64,000 nucleotides of DNA from Candidatus Bathyarchaeota archaeon (GTDB lineage: Archaea; Thermoproteota; Bathyarchaeia; Bathyarchaeales; Bathycorpusculaceae), in NCBI GenBank assembly GCA_963806535.1, contig CAWDYC010000007.1, positions 160,001-224,000 of the forward strand. The letters are read 5' to 3'. The notes under the pieces are model-generated. The model was not told where the DNA came from. It did no database searches and saw only the letters and a list, made by a program, of their open reading frames with translations. The first letter of the stretch is position 1; every line of letters starts with the position of its first letter. Position numbers and translations under genes: made by a program. Below are positions 19,600 through 31,766 of the stretch, one piece after another.

Positions 19600-19668
19600 A
19601 TGATATTCGAAGAAGAAGATGAATGGGAAGAAGGCGAAGATGAAGAGTGGGAAGAAGAAGAATGGTAA
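19600..19668 (+). CDS. putative 22-aa acidic Trp-repeat micropeptide
   Basis: MIFEEEDEWEEGEDEEWEEEEW*; GAGGTGA at 19584-19590; TTTAAA near 19541. Confidence 0.55.
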   Translation: MIFEEEDEWEEGEDEEWEEEEW

Positions 19669-20072
19669 TCTAATCACTAAGCACATTTCTTAATATTTTT
19701 CTTTAATTGAGTATTTGCCCAAAGATTTAGCGTTATTTTTTGAGAGAGCCAAAAAAAACCAACAACATATCTAAATACATTTTTTCTTTTTCTTTTTTCT
19801 CATTCTTAATTAAATCTAAGGTCAAAGAACGTTAAGTGGCTGGCGCTTAAGCTTTTTTTTAGGTGACCACCGGTTCATAGAACCATGTTCACCCATGTTG
19901 AAACCAGTAACACAAAAAACAACAAAAGGTATCACTCGGCGCAACAGACAAATTCGCCTATCAAGTGAAGCATTATTCAACGCCAACTGAAATTATTAAT
20001 CCACGAAAAATCGTCTTTGATTTCTGGTTTACATTTATAACTTACTTGTTATCATCTTTAGGACGTTTAGCC

Positions 20073-21913
20073 ATGACACGAATTGCCGTACTTAATGAAG
20101 ATAAATGCAAAGTCAAAAAATGCAATTCACTCTGCGTTAACTTCTGCCCTATGGTAAGAAGCCGAGTGGAAGCCATCAGAGTTGAAGGAAACAAAGCAGT
20201 TATAGCAGAAACACTTTGCAGTGGCTGCGGCATCTGCGTCAAAAAATGTCCTTTCAAAGCCATAAGCATCGTTAACCTTCCCGACGAGTTGGAAAAGGAT
20301 TGTAGTCACCGTTTTAGCGCAAACAGCTTCAAACTTTTCCGTTTACCCATGCCTTCACCAGGAACAGTGTTGGGTTTGCTTGGGCAAAACGGCATCGGAA
20401 AAACGACTACGCTTAAAGTGTTTTCAGGAGAAATCAAACCAAACCTCGGCAAATATGATGATCCGCCTGATTGGCCCGAAATTATTCAGTATTATCGTGG
20501 TTCAAGCCTTCAAGATTACTTCCAGAAGATGAGTGAGAAAAAACTCAAAGTCAGCAGCAAACCCCAGTATGTCGATAAAATTCCTAAGGCGATTACTGGT
20601 AAAGTCGGTGATTTGCTGGAAAAAGTTGATGAAAGAAAACAACTCGACTCTCTTGCTGAAGTGTTTGAGCTCAAAAATATTTGGGACAGACCATTAGATG
20701 TGCTAAGCGGCGGAGAACTTCAACGCGTGGCGGTTGCAGCAGCACTTAGCCGCGACGCTGACGTTTACCTTTTTGATGAACCATCAAGCTATTTGGACGT
20801 GAAGCAGAGGCTTGTTGTCGCAAAAACAATACGCGGCCTCAAAGAACAGCAAAAAACCATAATTGTCGCTGAACATGACTTAGCCATAATCGATTACCTC
20901 TCTGATCAAATCTGCCTCTTCTACGGGGAACCAGGCGTTTACGGCGTCGTTTCACACGTTCATGGCGTCAGAACAGGCATCAACATTTACCTGCAAGGTT
21001 ACATTCCAGACGAAAACATAATGTTCCGCAAAGAATCCATCGTTTTCCACGAGAAACCTCCAACTGCAGGCACCAACCTCGGCGAACCATTGTTGAAATG
21101 GGACAACATGACGAAAACTTTCAAAGGCTTCAAACTAGCCATTGAGCCAGGCGAAATTTTACGCGGCGAAATCATTGGCATTCTTGGACCCAACGGAATT
21201 GGAAAAACTACTTTCGTAAAAATTCTTGCAGGTCTTGAGGAAACTGATGATAAACGGAAACTTGGTGAATTAACTGTCAGCTACAAACCGCAGTACATCG
21301 CACCTGACTACGCGGGTACAGTTGCTGAGCTTCTAATGAATGTCGCAAAAGACAACTTCACATCTAGCTGGTACAAAACCGAAATTGCTCAGCCACTGAG
21401 ACTTCAGGTTCTAATGGATAGAAATGTTATGGAGCTCAGCGGTGGTGAACTTCAAAAAGTTGCCATAGCCGCTTGCCTGAGCCGAAAAACCGACTTGTTC
21501 CTGCTTGACGAGCCCAGCGCTTACTTGGACGTTGAAGAACGGCTGAACATGGCTAAAACACTTCGGCGAGTAGTTGAAGCTCACGGTATACCAGCCTTCG
21601 TAGTTGAACACGATGTGGTAACGCAAGATTTCATTGCCGACCGACTTGATGGTTTTTAATGGTGAACCAGGAGTAAGTGGTTTGGCTCATCCACCAACGA
21701 GCCTAAGAAAAGGCATGAATACGTTCCTGAAAGAAATGAACATCACATTCCGACGGGACCCAGCAACCATGCGACCTCGAGTAAACAAGGAAGTCTTCAC
21801 AAATGGATATGTTCCAAAAAGGCATCGGCGAATACTACTATACGAAAACCGCTAAGATAGAAAAGGCAGAAAAAGAAGAAAAGAAACCAACCGCCAAAAT
21901 AACAATTTTCTAG
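20073..21913 (+). CDS. rli: ribosome recycling ATPase ABCE1/RLI (two frameshifts, near 21650 and 21795)
   Basis: N-terminal 2x4Fe-4S motifs, two GxNGIGKTT Walker A, LSGGELQ, then FRRDP..RPRVNK and GEYYY after frame repair. Confidence 0.95.
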
Positions 21914-21924
21914 GCCCAATAAAC

Positions 21925-22152
21925 TGTGCACATTACGCCGACAACTATCGCAACACAACAACCTCTGACTGTGCCAGCTGCACTTGGGGCAACGGAAGCC
22001 AAGGCAACTACTGGAGCAACTACACAGGCACCGACGTTAACGGAGACGGAATCGGGGATACACCGTACTCAATCGGTTTCGGTTTCATGATAATTATCCG
22101 TTAATAGCACCCTATGACATTACGCTGCAAATCCCAACTGCGCCTTCCTAAG
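21925..22152 (+). pseudogene. C-terminal remnant of a NosD/CASH beta-helix surface protein
   Basis: GNYWSNYTGTDVNGDGIGDTPYSI..DNYPL motif with no start codon or N-terminal part. Confidence 0.7.
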
Positions 22153-22472
22153 AACACGCCACTTAGCTCCAAAATTTCTCAAGATATACACATTTAAAGC
22201 AAAAGTTACCATTTTCAAGCAATTGCCCATTTCTTAAAACTACACTTTTCTACGCATAGTTTTCTTTAGAAAGATTGGAAAATAACAAGCTGATTTTTGG
22301 TTTCATGATCATTTTTTTACATATTTATGTCTAAACTTACCATTCAGGCATGTTACTGCGCATTTTTCTCAATGAACGTTTTAAACGCAGATTGCAGTTA
22401 ACTTAAAGAACAAGCAGCAAATATACTAAGCACTCGCAAGAACAAAAAAGGGGAAAGTGGTGTAAGCAGCAA

Positions 22473-23999
22473 GTGGCTCAAGCAACCTTTGAAGAAATTA
22501 GCGCTTCTGATTTTTTCTACAGGAACAGAGACATTGCAGGCTTAACGAATCCTTCACGCGCTGTATTCGTTGCTATTCGAGAAATTGTAGAAAATTCTTT
22601 GGATGCAGCGGAGAGCCAAAGGATTCCACCTGACATTTATGTTCGTTTATCTTACGAGGGAGAAGCTACCAAAGAAACTCAAATCTATAAGCTTCGTGTC
22701 GAAGACAACGGCAGCGGAATTCAACCTCGGTTTATACCCTCTGCTTTCGGCCAAGTGCTCTATGGCAGCAAATACAAACTCAAACAAACAAGAGGCACAT
22801 TTGGCTTAGGCGGAAAAATGGCTGTTCTCTATGGGCAAGTCACCACTCACCAGGCAGTTTACGTGACCTCATCCACAGGGCAAGAAAAAATTTACAGTTT
22901 CAAATTAATGATTGACATCCAAAGAAACCGCCCAATAATTCTTGACCGCAAAGTCTTAATTAACAAGGATAATTGGCGTGGAACCATCGTTGAGTTTTCT
23001 CTTGAAGGCGATTATCTTAGGGCGATGCCTAAAATTCTTGATTATTTCAAGCAGACGGCTATGGTTAATCCATATGCTAATTTGACATTTGTTGACCCCA
23101 AAGGCAGGCTCTACAAGTTTACCCGTGCAACCACTGAGATGCCTGAGCCGCCGACAGAAATATTGCCACATCCATACGGCGTAGACGTAGAACTTTTGCA
23201 GCGGCTTATCCAGATTACTCCTTACAATAATATGTCAGATTTTCTGAAGGGTTCTTTTCACAGAGTCGGCGAAATCACAGCACAAAAATTCTTGGAATTC
23301 AGCCAATTAAGCCCAAGCAAGAATCCAAAGAAGCTTTCCCATGAAGAAATAGTGCGGTTAATGCAGAACCTAAAGAAGTACAAGGATTTCTTGCCTCCAG
23401 ACGCCAGCTGCCTCTCACCGTTAGGCGAAGATCTGCTCAGGACTGGTGTCATGAAAGAGTTAAACCCTGAGTACCTTGTGGTTCACCAGCGTAAACCATC
23501 CACTTATGCAGGTCACCCATTCATCGTTGAAATGGCAATTGCATATGGCGGCGGAGTACCCAAACGAGGCACTTTTGTCATTTATCGTTTCGCCAACAAA
23601 ATCCCCCTTCTTTACGATGAAGCAAGCGATGTTTCCTATCGAGTAATTTCAGCCATGAACTGGCGACGCTACAAAGTGGCACCTGACATGCCTATCGCTA
23701 TAGTTGTTCACATTTGCAGCACAAAAGTGCCCTACAAAACGGTTGGAAAAGAATTCATTGCTGACCGTCCCGAAGTGCGACGTGAAGAGGCAAATGCTCT
23801 GCGTGAAGTTGCCCGTCAGCTTCAACATTTCCTGTCACGTCAAGAACACGTGCACATGGAAAAGAAACGTCTGGGAATTTTCAGCAAGTACCTGCCTAAA
23901 ATCGCACAGTTCTCGGCAATATTGGCTGGAGAAAAGCGTATTCCAGATATCGATAAACTATTGAAGAGTGTGCAGAAGTATGGCGCAGAAGAAAGCTAA
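22473..23999 (+). CDS. top6B: DNA topoisomerase VI subunit B
   Basis: EIVENSLDA, VEDNGSGI, QTRGTFGLGG and RFANKIPLLYD. Confidence 0.96.
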   Translation: MAQATFEEISASDFFYRNRDIAGLTNPSRAVFVAIREIVENSLDAAESQRIPPDIYVRLSYEGEATKETQIYKLRVEDNGSGIQPRFIPSAFGQVLYGSKYKLKQTRGTFGLGGKMAVLYGQVTTHQAVYVTSSTGQEKIYSFKLMIDIQRNRPIILDRKVLINKDNWRGTIVEFSLEGDYLRAMPKILDYFKQTAMVNPYANLTFVDPKGRLYKFTRATTEMPEPPTEILPHPYGVDVELLQRLIQITPYNNMSDFLKGSFHRVGEITAQKFLEFSQLSPSKNPKKLSHEEIVRLMQNLKKYKDFLPPDASCLSPLGEDLLRTGVMKELNPEYLVVHQRKPSTYAGHPFIVEMAIAYGGGVPKRGTFVIYRFANKIPLLYDEASDVSYRVISAMNWRRYKVAPDMPIAIVVHICSTKVPYKTVGKEFIADRPEVRREEANALREVARQLQHFLSRQEHVHMEKKRLGIFSKYLPKIAQFSAILAGEKRIPDIDKLLKSVQKYGAEES

Positions 24000-25063
24000 G
24001 ATAATTGAAAAGCAAAACGAAGTCATTAATGGTCTTCACGAATTTGGGACCAGAATTTACAAGCAGCTAGATCAAGGTGTTTTTCCAACAATAGATATGC
24101 CGAGTCGCTCGACTGAAAACATCAATTATGACCCCACACTTCGACAGTATATTCTTGGAGAAAAGAACGTTAGCCGAAGCGCACGAAACATTCGCCACAT
24201 TAAACCATTCACGCAGCTTGCATGGACAGCAATGTTTAGTAACGAGCTTACAACTCAACGAAAAACCAGCACGCTAAGAGATGTCTATTACTCTGCGCAA
24301 GCCTACGAGATGACCTTTACAGACCAACAAGAATCTAACAACATCATAACCGATTTGGAAACGTTAACAGGTTTTGCCCGAGAAGACTTTCATATTTTTC
24401 CAGAAGAACGCAGCGCAATTTTTGGCGACTTAGATATCGGCTACACTGTTCCTGGTTATGAAGGCAAAACTTTGAATTTAACCAGGCATCCAGACGGCGT
24501 ATTGATTGGTCCAGCCTTAACTTCAGCCGAGTTAATGAGCACCAGAGCAGACAAAGTAATCGCCATCGAGAAAGGCGCACTTTTTACAAGATTTATCGAA
24601 GAAAATGTGCACAATAAACATCACGCTTTGCTGATTTCCTGCGGTGGACAAGCTCCAAGACAAACCCGCAGTTTCATAAGACGCCTACATGACGAGTTGA
24701 ATCTGCCAGTTTACATTTTGACTGATGGTGACCCATGGGGAATGCACATTGCACAAGTCATTATTTCTGGCTCAGCCAACGCAGCGCACCTAAGAGAACT
24801 AAATACGCCTGACGCAGTTTGGAGCGGAGTGTGGGCAAGCGACATAATTGAGTACAAACTGCCAACGGACCCCTTAGACGAAGTTGACATTAAGACGACT
24901 CTACGAGTTACAGAAAGACCCACGTTATCAAAATGACCCAATCTGGCAAAAAGAAATAAAATTATTTCTAAAAATAAAGAGAAAGGCTGAACAGGAAGCT
25001 TTCAGCCGATACGGTTTAACCTACATTGTTGACGAATATTTACCTACGAAATTAAAGAGCTAA
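23980..25063 (+). CDS. top6A: DNA topoisomerase VI subunit A (frameshift near 24895)
   Basis: TLRDVYY, IAIEKGA and LTDGDPWG; C-terminus [15 protein letters not shown] in the shifted frame. Confidence 0.95.
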
Positions 25064-25129
25064 ATCTAATCATCGATTCTCTTCTATCAATTGTTGACAA
25101 ACTATTGTTTTCTGCTTCAACAAGTTTTG

Positions 25130-25321
25130 TTATTTTTTGAGTTCTTGTTGTTTTTTTCCGCATTCAGGACAAAATTTCACTGAGGCTGAAATTCGATTCT
25201 GACATTTCGGACAGATTTTAAGCAGAATTGGTTGATGAAGAGCTGTACCGCAGAAGTTGCAGTAATTAGAAAATGAAGCAACTTGTGATCCACAATTTGG
25301 GCATCTTACATATTGTGTCAT
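25130..25321 (-). CDS. double zinc-ribbon protein
   Basis: Four CxxC pairs; likely start MTQYVRC. Confidence 0.75.
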   Translation of the reverse strand: MTQYVRCPNCGSQVASFSNYCNFCGTALHQPILLKICPKCQNRISASVKFCPECGKKQQELKK

Positions 25322-25450
25322 AAATTGGAACCGGAAGCATAATAAAAGCGGAAAGGATAATTTCACACCATATTGGATAATGCCACACCTTGCTTTTTTC
25401 TCTTTTGTTATCACTAGAATGACTGTCACTTCAGCTAATACGTTTCGTTC

Positions 25451-25504
25451 AAGAAAAAGAGCAACAATCGATGTCAACAGCGACTGTTGGTGTTCTTCTA
25501 AATT
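25451..25504. repeat. degenerate half copy of the dispersed hairpin repeat
   Basis: AAGAAAAAGAGCAACA..CTGTTGGTGTTCTTCTAAATT resembles 5318-5365. Confidence 0.45.
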
Positions 25505-25575
25505 GACTATCTGGACAAAACACTTATGCCTATGAAGAACAATACTTAATGTTAATTAAATTTAAAGCGAGGAAG

Positions 25576-25825
25576 ATGCACTTTTAGCCCAAAAAAACGA
25601 GCCCCAAGAAATGCCAAAAGCAGAGGCCGAGGCATTAATTACCCATTTGAAATTGGAGACGAATACGAAGTGGATGTTGTAGAAATGAGTCCGAACGGCG
25701 AGGGTATCGCTAAAATCAAGGGCTTTCCAGTATTCATCGGCAACGCAAAAGCCAACGAACATCTAAAAGTTAGAATAACGAAAATAATTAGTGGCTGTGC
25801 AGACGCCGAAATAATCCCTCAATAA
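25576..25825 (+). CDS. single TRAM-domain RNA-binding protein (probable indel near the start)
   Basis: Hand translation YPFEIGDEYEVDVVEMSPNGEGIAKIKGFPVFIGNAKANEHLKVRITKI; not in the ORF track. Confidence 0.85.
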
Positions 25826-25867
25826 ACTTTAATTTTCTTTAAGTTAAAAACCTGGTTTTGAGGAGAG

Positions 25868-25943
25868 TGGTGCGGTCACCGGGATTTGAACCCGGGTCAT
25901 CAGCTTGGGAAGCTGATGTCCTACCAAGCTAGACTACGACCGC
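25868..25943 (-). tRNA. tRNA-Gly(CCC)
   Basis: GCGGTCG acceptor, TCAGC-TTCCCAA-GCTGA anticodon arm, GGTTCAAATCC T arm and encoded CCA. Confidence 0.97.
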
Positions 25944-26067
25944 AAACATTTTTGTGTTTAGGCTTGTTTATTTTTGGCTTAGCCAGATATATTGGTTCTT
26001 ATCATCAATATGGTTACTGCTGTTTTTTGTAGATTTTTAAGATGAAAAATAGTTACAATTCTCTTAC

Positions 26068-26182
26068 AGCACTTGGCGTTGTTCTTCTGTGATAGAAGAA
26101 GGACGGCTGGAAATAGCACATCCTACTTCTTCTCTGCTTCAGAAAGAAGAAGAAACCTCTTGAGGGCACACTTCTTCTTCTT
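26068..26182. repeat. dispersed double-hairpin repeat, copy 2, with an extra GAAGAAG/CTTCTTC hairpin
   Basis: 26-nt exact match AGAAGAAGGACGGCTGGAAATAGCAC between 26094-26119 and 37014-37039. Confidence 0.75.
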
Positions 26183-26275
26183 ACTTCAAAAAAAACTATT
26201 TCTTCCTTTTTCAGGCTAAACAAGCATAAGCGTTATCTCTAACTAACCAGAAAGATTACCGAGGAGAAAACAGCT

Positions 26276-27389
26276 GTGCCTAAAAATTACACTTACACAG
26301 ATGCAGGCGTAAACCGCAAACAACGAGTTGAATCAAAAAAGGCGCTAAAAAACCTGAAAGAGACTTACAGGTACAGCCGTTTTGGCGGCGTCATGCATCT
26401 GCCTTACGGCAACATTTTTCCAATCTCAGAAAACTTGTTTTTAGACCTTGAAATCGAAGGAGTAGGCACCAAAGTTCTCTTAGCGCAATTAGCCCAGAAA
26501 TATGACACAATAGGCATTGATGCGGTTGCAATGGTTGTTAACGATGTAATTCGATCAGGAGCTAAACCACTTGCAATTGCAGACAACATTCACGCTCAAG
26601 AAAGCAACCCCGAGCTTGTAAAAGAGTGGCTGAAAGGAATTATTCAAGGCGCAGCCGAATCTGAATGCCCAGTTACCAATGGAGAAACAGGTGACGTATC
26701 TGAAATAATAAAGGGCTTAACCGAAAAAGTTGGATTCGACATGGTTGTGGCTTCAGTGGGGCAGGTTGAAAGAAAAGAGATCATAACTGGAGAAAACATC
26801 AAGCCGGGTGACCCAATCATCGGTTTGGCCAGTAGCGGATTGCATAGTAATGGCATAACAATGGCAAGAAAAATCCTCTTCAAACAATGGGGAGGAAAAT
26901 ACTTACCTAACGATAAACCAGCAGGCTTAGATCGCGAAATAGTTCTTGAAGCTCTTGAACCCACAAAAATCTACGTTAAACCCTTACTCAAACTTGCCAG
27001 CGAAGTAAAAGTCAAAGCAGCCGTCCACATAACAGGTGATGCATACATGAAATTCAACAACCTTGCAACAGTCTCGCCAGGAATAGGTTTCGAATTCAAC
27101 AACTTCAAACCCCAACCCATTTTCGGCTTAATTCAAAAAACAGCTAGCGAAATTAGGATTCACTGTCACTGATGAGGAAATGTTCAAAACTTTTAACATG
27201 GGCTGGGGATTCGGTATAATCGTTGACAAAACAGAAATCGACAAAGCCATGAACACGCTTGAGCAAGACAGCATAAAACCTGAGGTAATAGGCAAAGTAA
27301 CCGACAAACAGACAGTGGAAATAAAATATCAAGAACAAAAAGATGGTTTTAACGTAAAGTTTTGCTTTTTTTATGACGAAAGTGTTTAA
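26276..27389 (+). CDS. purM: AIR synthetase (frameshift near 27165; 3' end uncertain)
   Basis: YTDAGV, EGVGTK, NGETG, SSGLHSNG, HITG and MFKTFNMGWG. Confidence 0.93.
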
Positions 27390-27415
27390 ATCCTGTTGCT
27401 TAATTTAAAGGCTCT

Positions 27416-27667
27416 ATGAAATACTGCGCTAAAATAGAGGTCAGTCTTAAACCAGGCCATAGCAACCCTGAAGGAGAAACAACCGCCCATTTACTAAAAG
27501 AACTCGGCTACAAAGTAGAAACAGTTGACGTGAGCAAACTTTATACTGTCACTCTTGAGGCATCATCAGTTAAAGAAGCCAAGGCAAAAGCAGAAGACAT
27601 GAGCAAACGTCTTTTAGCAAACCCAACCAAAGACAATTACACCATAAATGTTGAGGAGCAGAAATGA
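27416..27667 (+). CDS. purS: FGAM synthase subunit PurS
   Basis: VSLKPG..NPEG and RLLANP. Confidence 0.93.
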   Translation: MKYCAKIEVSLKPGHSNPEGETTAHLLKELGYKVETVDVSKLYTVTLEASSVKEAKAKAEDMSKRLLANPTKDNYTINVEEQK

Positions 27668-30047
27668 ACGCTAACCTCTACATCCACCGCAAAGCAGACT
27701 ATACACTCTACGAAGCGGATTTAGCCAAAGCCACAGACCAACAGCTAATCGAAATCAGCAATGAGTTAGCTTTGGGTCTTAAGCTTAGATGAAATGAAAA
27801 GTATTCAAACCTACTTCAAAGCGGAAGACAGAAACCCAACAGATGTTGAATTGCAAACCATCAGTCAAACATGGTCAGAACACTGCTACCACAAAACCTT
27901 CAAAGGAAAAATTCTCTTAGACGGTAAAGAAATCGACAGTTTATTCAAAACCTACATTGCAAAAGCAACAAAAGAAATCAAAGCGCCATGGTGTTTTAGC
28001 GTCTTTGAAGATAACGCAGGTATTGTAAAATTTGATAAAGGGCTATGGTATCGCAGCGAAAGTTGAAACCCACAATCACCCATCTGCCGTTGAACCTTTC
28101 GGCGGGGCAGCTACAGGTGTTGGCGGCGTAATTCGAGATATCCTTGGAGTGTGGGCTGACCCAATAGCTTGCACAGATGTTTTAGGTTTCGGACCATTAG
28201 ATTACGATTATAACAAGTTGCCTGCAGGTGTTAAACATCCAAAATACGTCTACATGGGTGTCACTGCGGGCATCAGCGCTTATGGAAACAACATGGGCAT
28301 CCCAACCGTTAACGGAGCCATATACTTTGACGAAAGCTACACAGGCAACGTCACCGTATACTGTGGATGCATTGGTCTTTTACCACTAAACAAATTTACA
28401 AAAAACGCAAAACCAGAACACATAATTGTTATTGCAGGAGGCAAAACAGGACGTGACGGTATTCACGGTGTAACTTTCGCCTCAGCTGAATTAACTGAGA
28501 AATCGGAAGAAATTTCTCGACCAGCCGTCCAAATTGCCGACCCAATCGAAGAAGAGAAGGTCAAACGGGCAATCGTTGAAATCCGCGATTTGCAATTGGC
28601 TTCTGCAACAACTGACCTTGGCGGAGGCGGCTTATCCTCAGCCATCGGCGAAACTGCAGAAAAATTCGATTGCGGAGTAACCATTGAACTTGCTAAGGTG
28701 CCGTTGAAGTATCAGGGTTTGGCTCCTTGGGAAATTTACATTTCAGAATCACAGGAAAGAATGCTCATAACCGTGCCCCCAGAAAACCTGGAACGAGTTA
28801 TGGCAGTTTTTGAAAAAGAAGACGTAGAAGCCACAGCGATAGGCAAACTAACCACAGAACGCCGCCTACAGCTGAACTTTAACGGCGAAAAAGTTGCCGA
28901 TATGGATATGGCTTTTCTGTTTACTCCATGCAAAAGCATGAAAGTTGCAACCATTGAAAAGCAAACTTGCACTGAACCACAGTTTCCTGAACCACAGAAC
29001 CTAACAGAAACTCTTATGCAGCTTCTTTCTGCACCAAATATTGCAAGTAAAGAAAGCGTCATCCGCACTTATGACCATGAAGTCAAAGGCAACACAGCCC
29101 TTAAGCCGCTGCAGGGAGAGTACGCTGGACCAAACGATGCTGCTGTGCTAAAACCGCTGGATGATTCATGGAAAGGCTTGGCAATTTCTTGCGGTATGAA
29201 CCCGAATTATGGAAAGATTGATGCTTACTGGATGGCTGCTTCAGCAATTGACGAGGCAGTTAGAAACAACATTGCCGTGGGCGGCAGAAGAATTGCTCTG
29301 CTGGATAATTTTACATGGGGGAATCCTGAGAAGCCAGAACGCCTCGGCTCATTAGTAAGAGCCTGTGAAGCATGCTACGACTTTGCAACTGCTTTTAGGA
29401 CACCGTTTATCTCGGGAAAAGACAGCCTCTACAACGAGTCTCCACTTGGTCCAGTCACACCGACACTTCTAATCACCGCAGTAGGCGTAATTCCAAACCT
29501 TCAATCAACAACCTCTATGGATTTGAAAGCACCAGGCAACCTACTCTACATCATCGGAGAAACGTTCAATGAACTTGGCGGTTCAGAATACTACAAACTC
29601 AAAGGCTACTTAGGCGCAAGCGTACCCAAAGTCAAAGGTGCAAAAGCCAAACGCACATTCAAAGCAGTAACCAAAGCCATCGATTTAGGCTTAATCAAAT
29701 CTTGCCATGACCTCTCTGAAGGAGGATTAGCTGTGGCGGCGGCAGAGATGGCGTTTGCAGGCGGCTATGGGTTGGAGCTGGATTTAGGTAAAGTCCCTGG
29801 CAAAGAGTTAGAGCGCAATGATTTTGTGTTGTTTTCTGAATCAAACAGCCGCTTCCTTTTGGAAGTCGCAGAAAATGATAAGAAAGAATTTGAGGCTTTG
29901 ATGAAAGGCAAAGGCTGTGCCCTAATTGGGAAAGTAACCAAAGAAGAGAAACTGCTTATTCATGGATTAAACCAAAAAATAGTGGTCGATGCTTCACTTG
30001 CCGAACTACGACACGCTTGGAAGAAAACGTTAAGCGGAGAATCCTAA
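27664..30047 (+). CDS. purL: FGAM synthase subunit PurL (frameshifts near 27780 and 28035)
   Basis: QTWSEHCYHKTF, KVETHNHPSAVEPFGGAATGVGG, SESQERM and SGKDSLYNE. Confidence 0.95.
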
Positions 30048-30869
30048 ATGAATCAGCAAGAAATCAAAGTTTGCGTTATGCGTGTCGGCGGAACCAACTG
30101 CGATGCAGAGACTCAGCGGGCTTTTCTTGAGTTAGGCGTTCAAGCGGAAACTTTGCATGTTAACGAATTAATAAAACGCAGAAACCTGTTGGATTATCAG
30201 GTTCTTGGTTTTTCCAGGTGGCTTCTCATTTGGAGATTACGTACGTTCAGGCGTGATTTTTGCAAGACATCTCTCAGCCAAATTGGGCAAAGAAATGGAA
30301 ACGTTCATTGACGAAGGCAGACCAATTCTGGGCATTTGCAACGGCTTCCAAATAATGGTTGAATATGGTTTGCTCCCGGGCTTGGAAGGAGTGAGCACCT
30401 ATCCCGAAGCAACATTAACCAATAATGAACCAGCTGGGTTCAAATGCAAATGGATTTACCTGAAACAGGAAAATAAAGGAAAATGTATTTTTACAAACAA
30501 AATTCCAGTGGGCAAAGTGCTTCAAGATGCCTATTGCCCATGGAGAAGGCAGATTATTGTTTCCCAAGGAAAAAGAAAAGGAAATACTTTCAAAACTAAT
30601 TGATAATGACATGGTTGTTTTCCGTTACTGCGACAAAAACGGCAACATCAGCAAACGGCGAATACCCAGCTAACCCGAACGGCTCAACCTTTGACATTGC
30701 AGGCATATGCAACAAGGAAGGAAACATTTTCGGTTTAATGCCTCACCCAGAGAGGGCAATGTACTGGTGGCAACAACCCAATTGGACCCGCGAGCAACAG
30801 ATGCTACAGTACGGCGACGGAAAACTAATTTTCCAAAGCATAATTGATAATCTAATAAAGAAATGCTAA
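30048..30869 (+). CDS. purQ: FGAM synthase glutaminase PurQ (frameshifts)
   Basis: [27 protein letters not shown] and GLMPHPER across three ORFs. Confidence 0.95.
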
Positions 30870-31766
30870 ATCCTTAGCATAAGGCAAGCCTGCACGGGCA
30901 CCCATCGCCGTAACGCTTCTTGAAGCCACAAAATTCGCTATCTGTCCACATTCGTAGAGGCTTTTTTTGTTGATTAAGCCATAGAGGAAACCTGCGCAGA
31001 AAGCGTCGCCAGCACCTGTCGTGTCGACTGCTTTAACTTTGAAGGGTTCTACTTTGAGCTGTTCTTCACCGTCTGTGACGTAGCAGCCTTTGTCGCCAAG
31101 TTTAACTGCGACAATTTTAACGCCTAACCCAATCATTAAATCGGCGCCTTTGCGGTAATCTGTTTCGCCAGTTAAAAGTTCAAGTTCAAAAGCGTTAGGC
31201 ATCAAAACGTAAGTGCTGCGGATTATTGGTTCTATCGCTGCAAATCCTTTCTGTGCATACACCGAGCCTGGGTCAAAGCTGATTTTAACTTCGTTGGGCA
31301 ATGCGGCTAAGAGTTTTTTTTGTGCGCGAAAAGATTTTTCTCCAACAAATGAGGAGAAATGCACAAATTTTGTTTGAGAAAGATAGCCGTAATTGATTTC
31401 TCGGGGTTCGATTGTGTCGTTGACGCCTGAGTTGATGTATAGTGCTCTTGCACCTTTCTTGTCTACGAAGCCCATTACTGAACCGCTTTTGCCTTTCGTT
31501 GCCTGAATGATGCCGCTGGTGTCGACGCCTTCTTTGCTGAAACAGTCAATTTGCAGTTTGCCTTCTCGGTCGTTGGCTACTTTTCCTATGAAACCTGTTT
31601 TGCAGCCTAGCCTTGCCAATCCAACTATCGTGTTTGCTGCTGAGCCACCGCAGGCTTCAGTGTAATCTTCGATGAAGCTTTCTTCTTCTGCTCCTGCAAG
31701 CTTTTGCACTTTGAATAGCATGTCAACGTTGAGTGCGCCAAAACCGACTACATCAAATTTCGTCAT
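30852..31766 (-). CDS. PfkB/ribokinase-family kinase (EhaT-like)
   Basis: GGSAANT, SFDPG and [10 protein letters not shown]; ATGA overlap with the upstream formyltransferase gene. Confidence 0.9.
   Translation of the reverse strand: MTKFDVVGFGALNVDMLFKVQKLAGAEEESFIEDYTEACGGSAANTIVGLARLGCKTGFIGKVANDREGKLQIDCFSKEGVDTSGIIQATKGKSGSVMGFVDKKGARALYINSGVNDTIEPREINYGYLSQTKFVHFSSFVGEKSFRAQKKLLAALPNEVKISFDPGSVYAQKGFAAIEPIIRSTYVLMPNAFELELLTGETDYRKGADLMIGLGVKIVAVKLGDKGCYVTDGEEQLKVEPFKVKAVDTTGAGDAFCAGFLYGLINKKSLYECGQIANFVASRSVTAMGARAGLPYAKDLAFLY

Noticed and set aside
19885-19990. Two overlapping short ORFs upstream of ABCE1 and the long ORF-track N-terminal extension of ABCE1
   Set aside because: The frames conflict and show no recognisable motif; ABCE1 most plausibly starts at ATG 20073 (MTRIAVL).
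26068-26182. Purine riboswitch upstream of purM and purF
   Set aside because: The shared element is in opposite orientation relative to the two operons and also occurs between moaD-like and infB, so it was treated as a dispersed repeat.
25868-26276. tRNA-Gly or tRNA-Thr as integration sites of an island
   Set aside because: No integrase and no duplicated tRNA 3' end were seen in the window.
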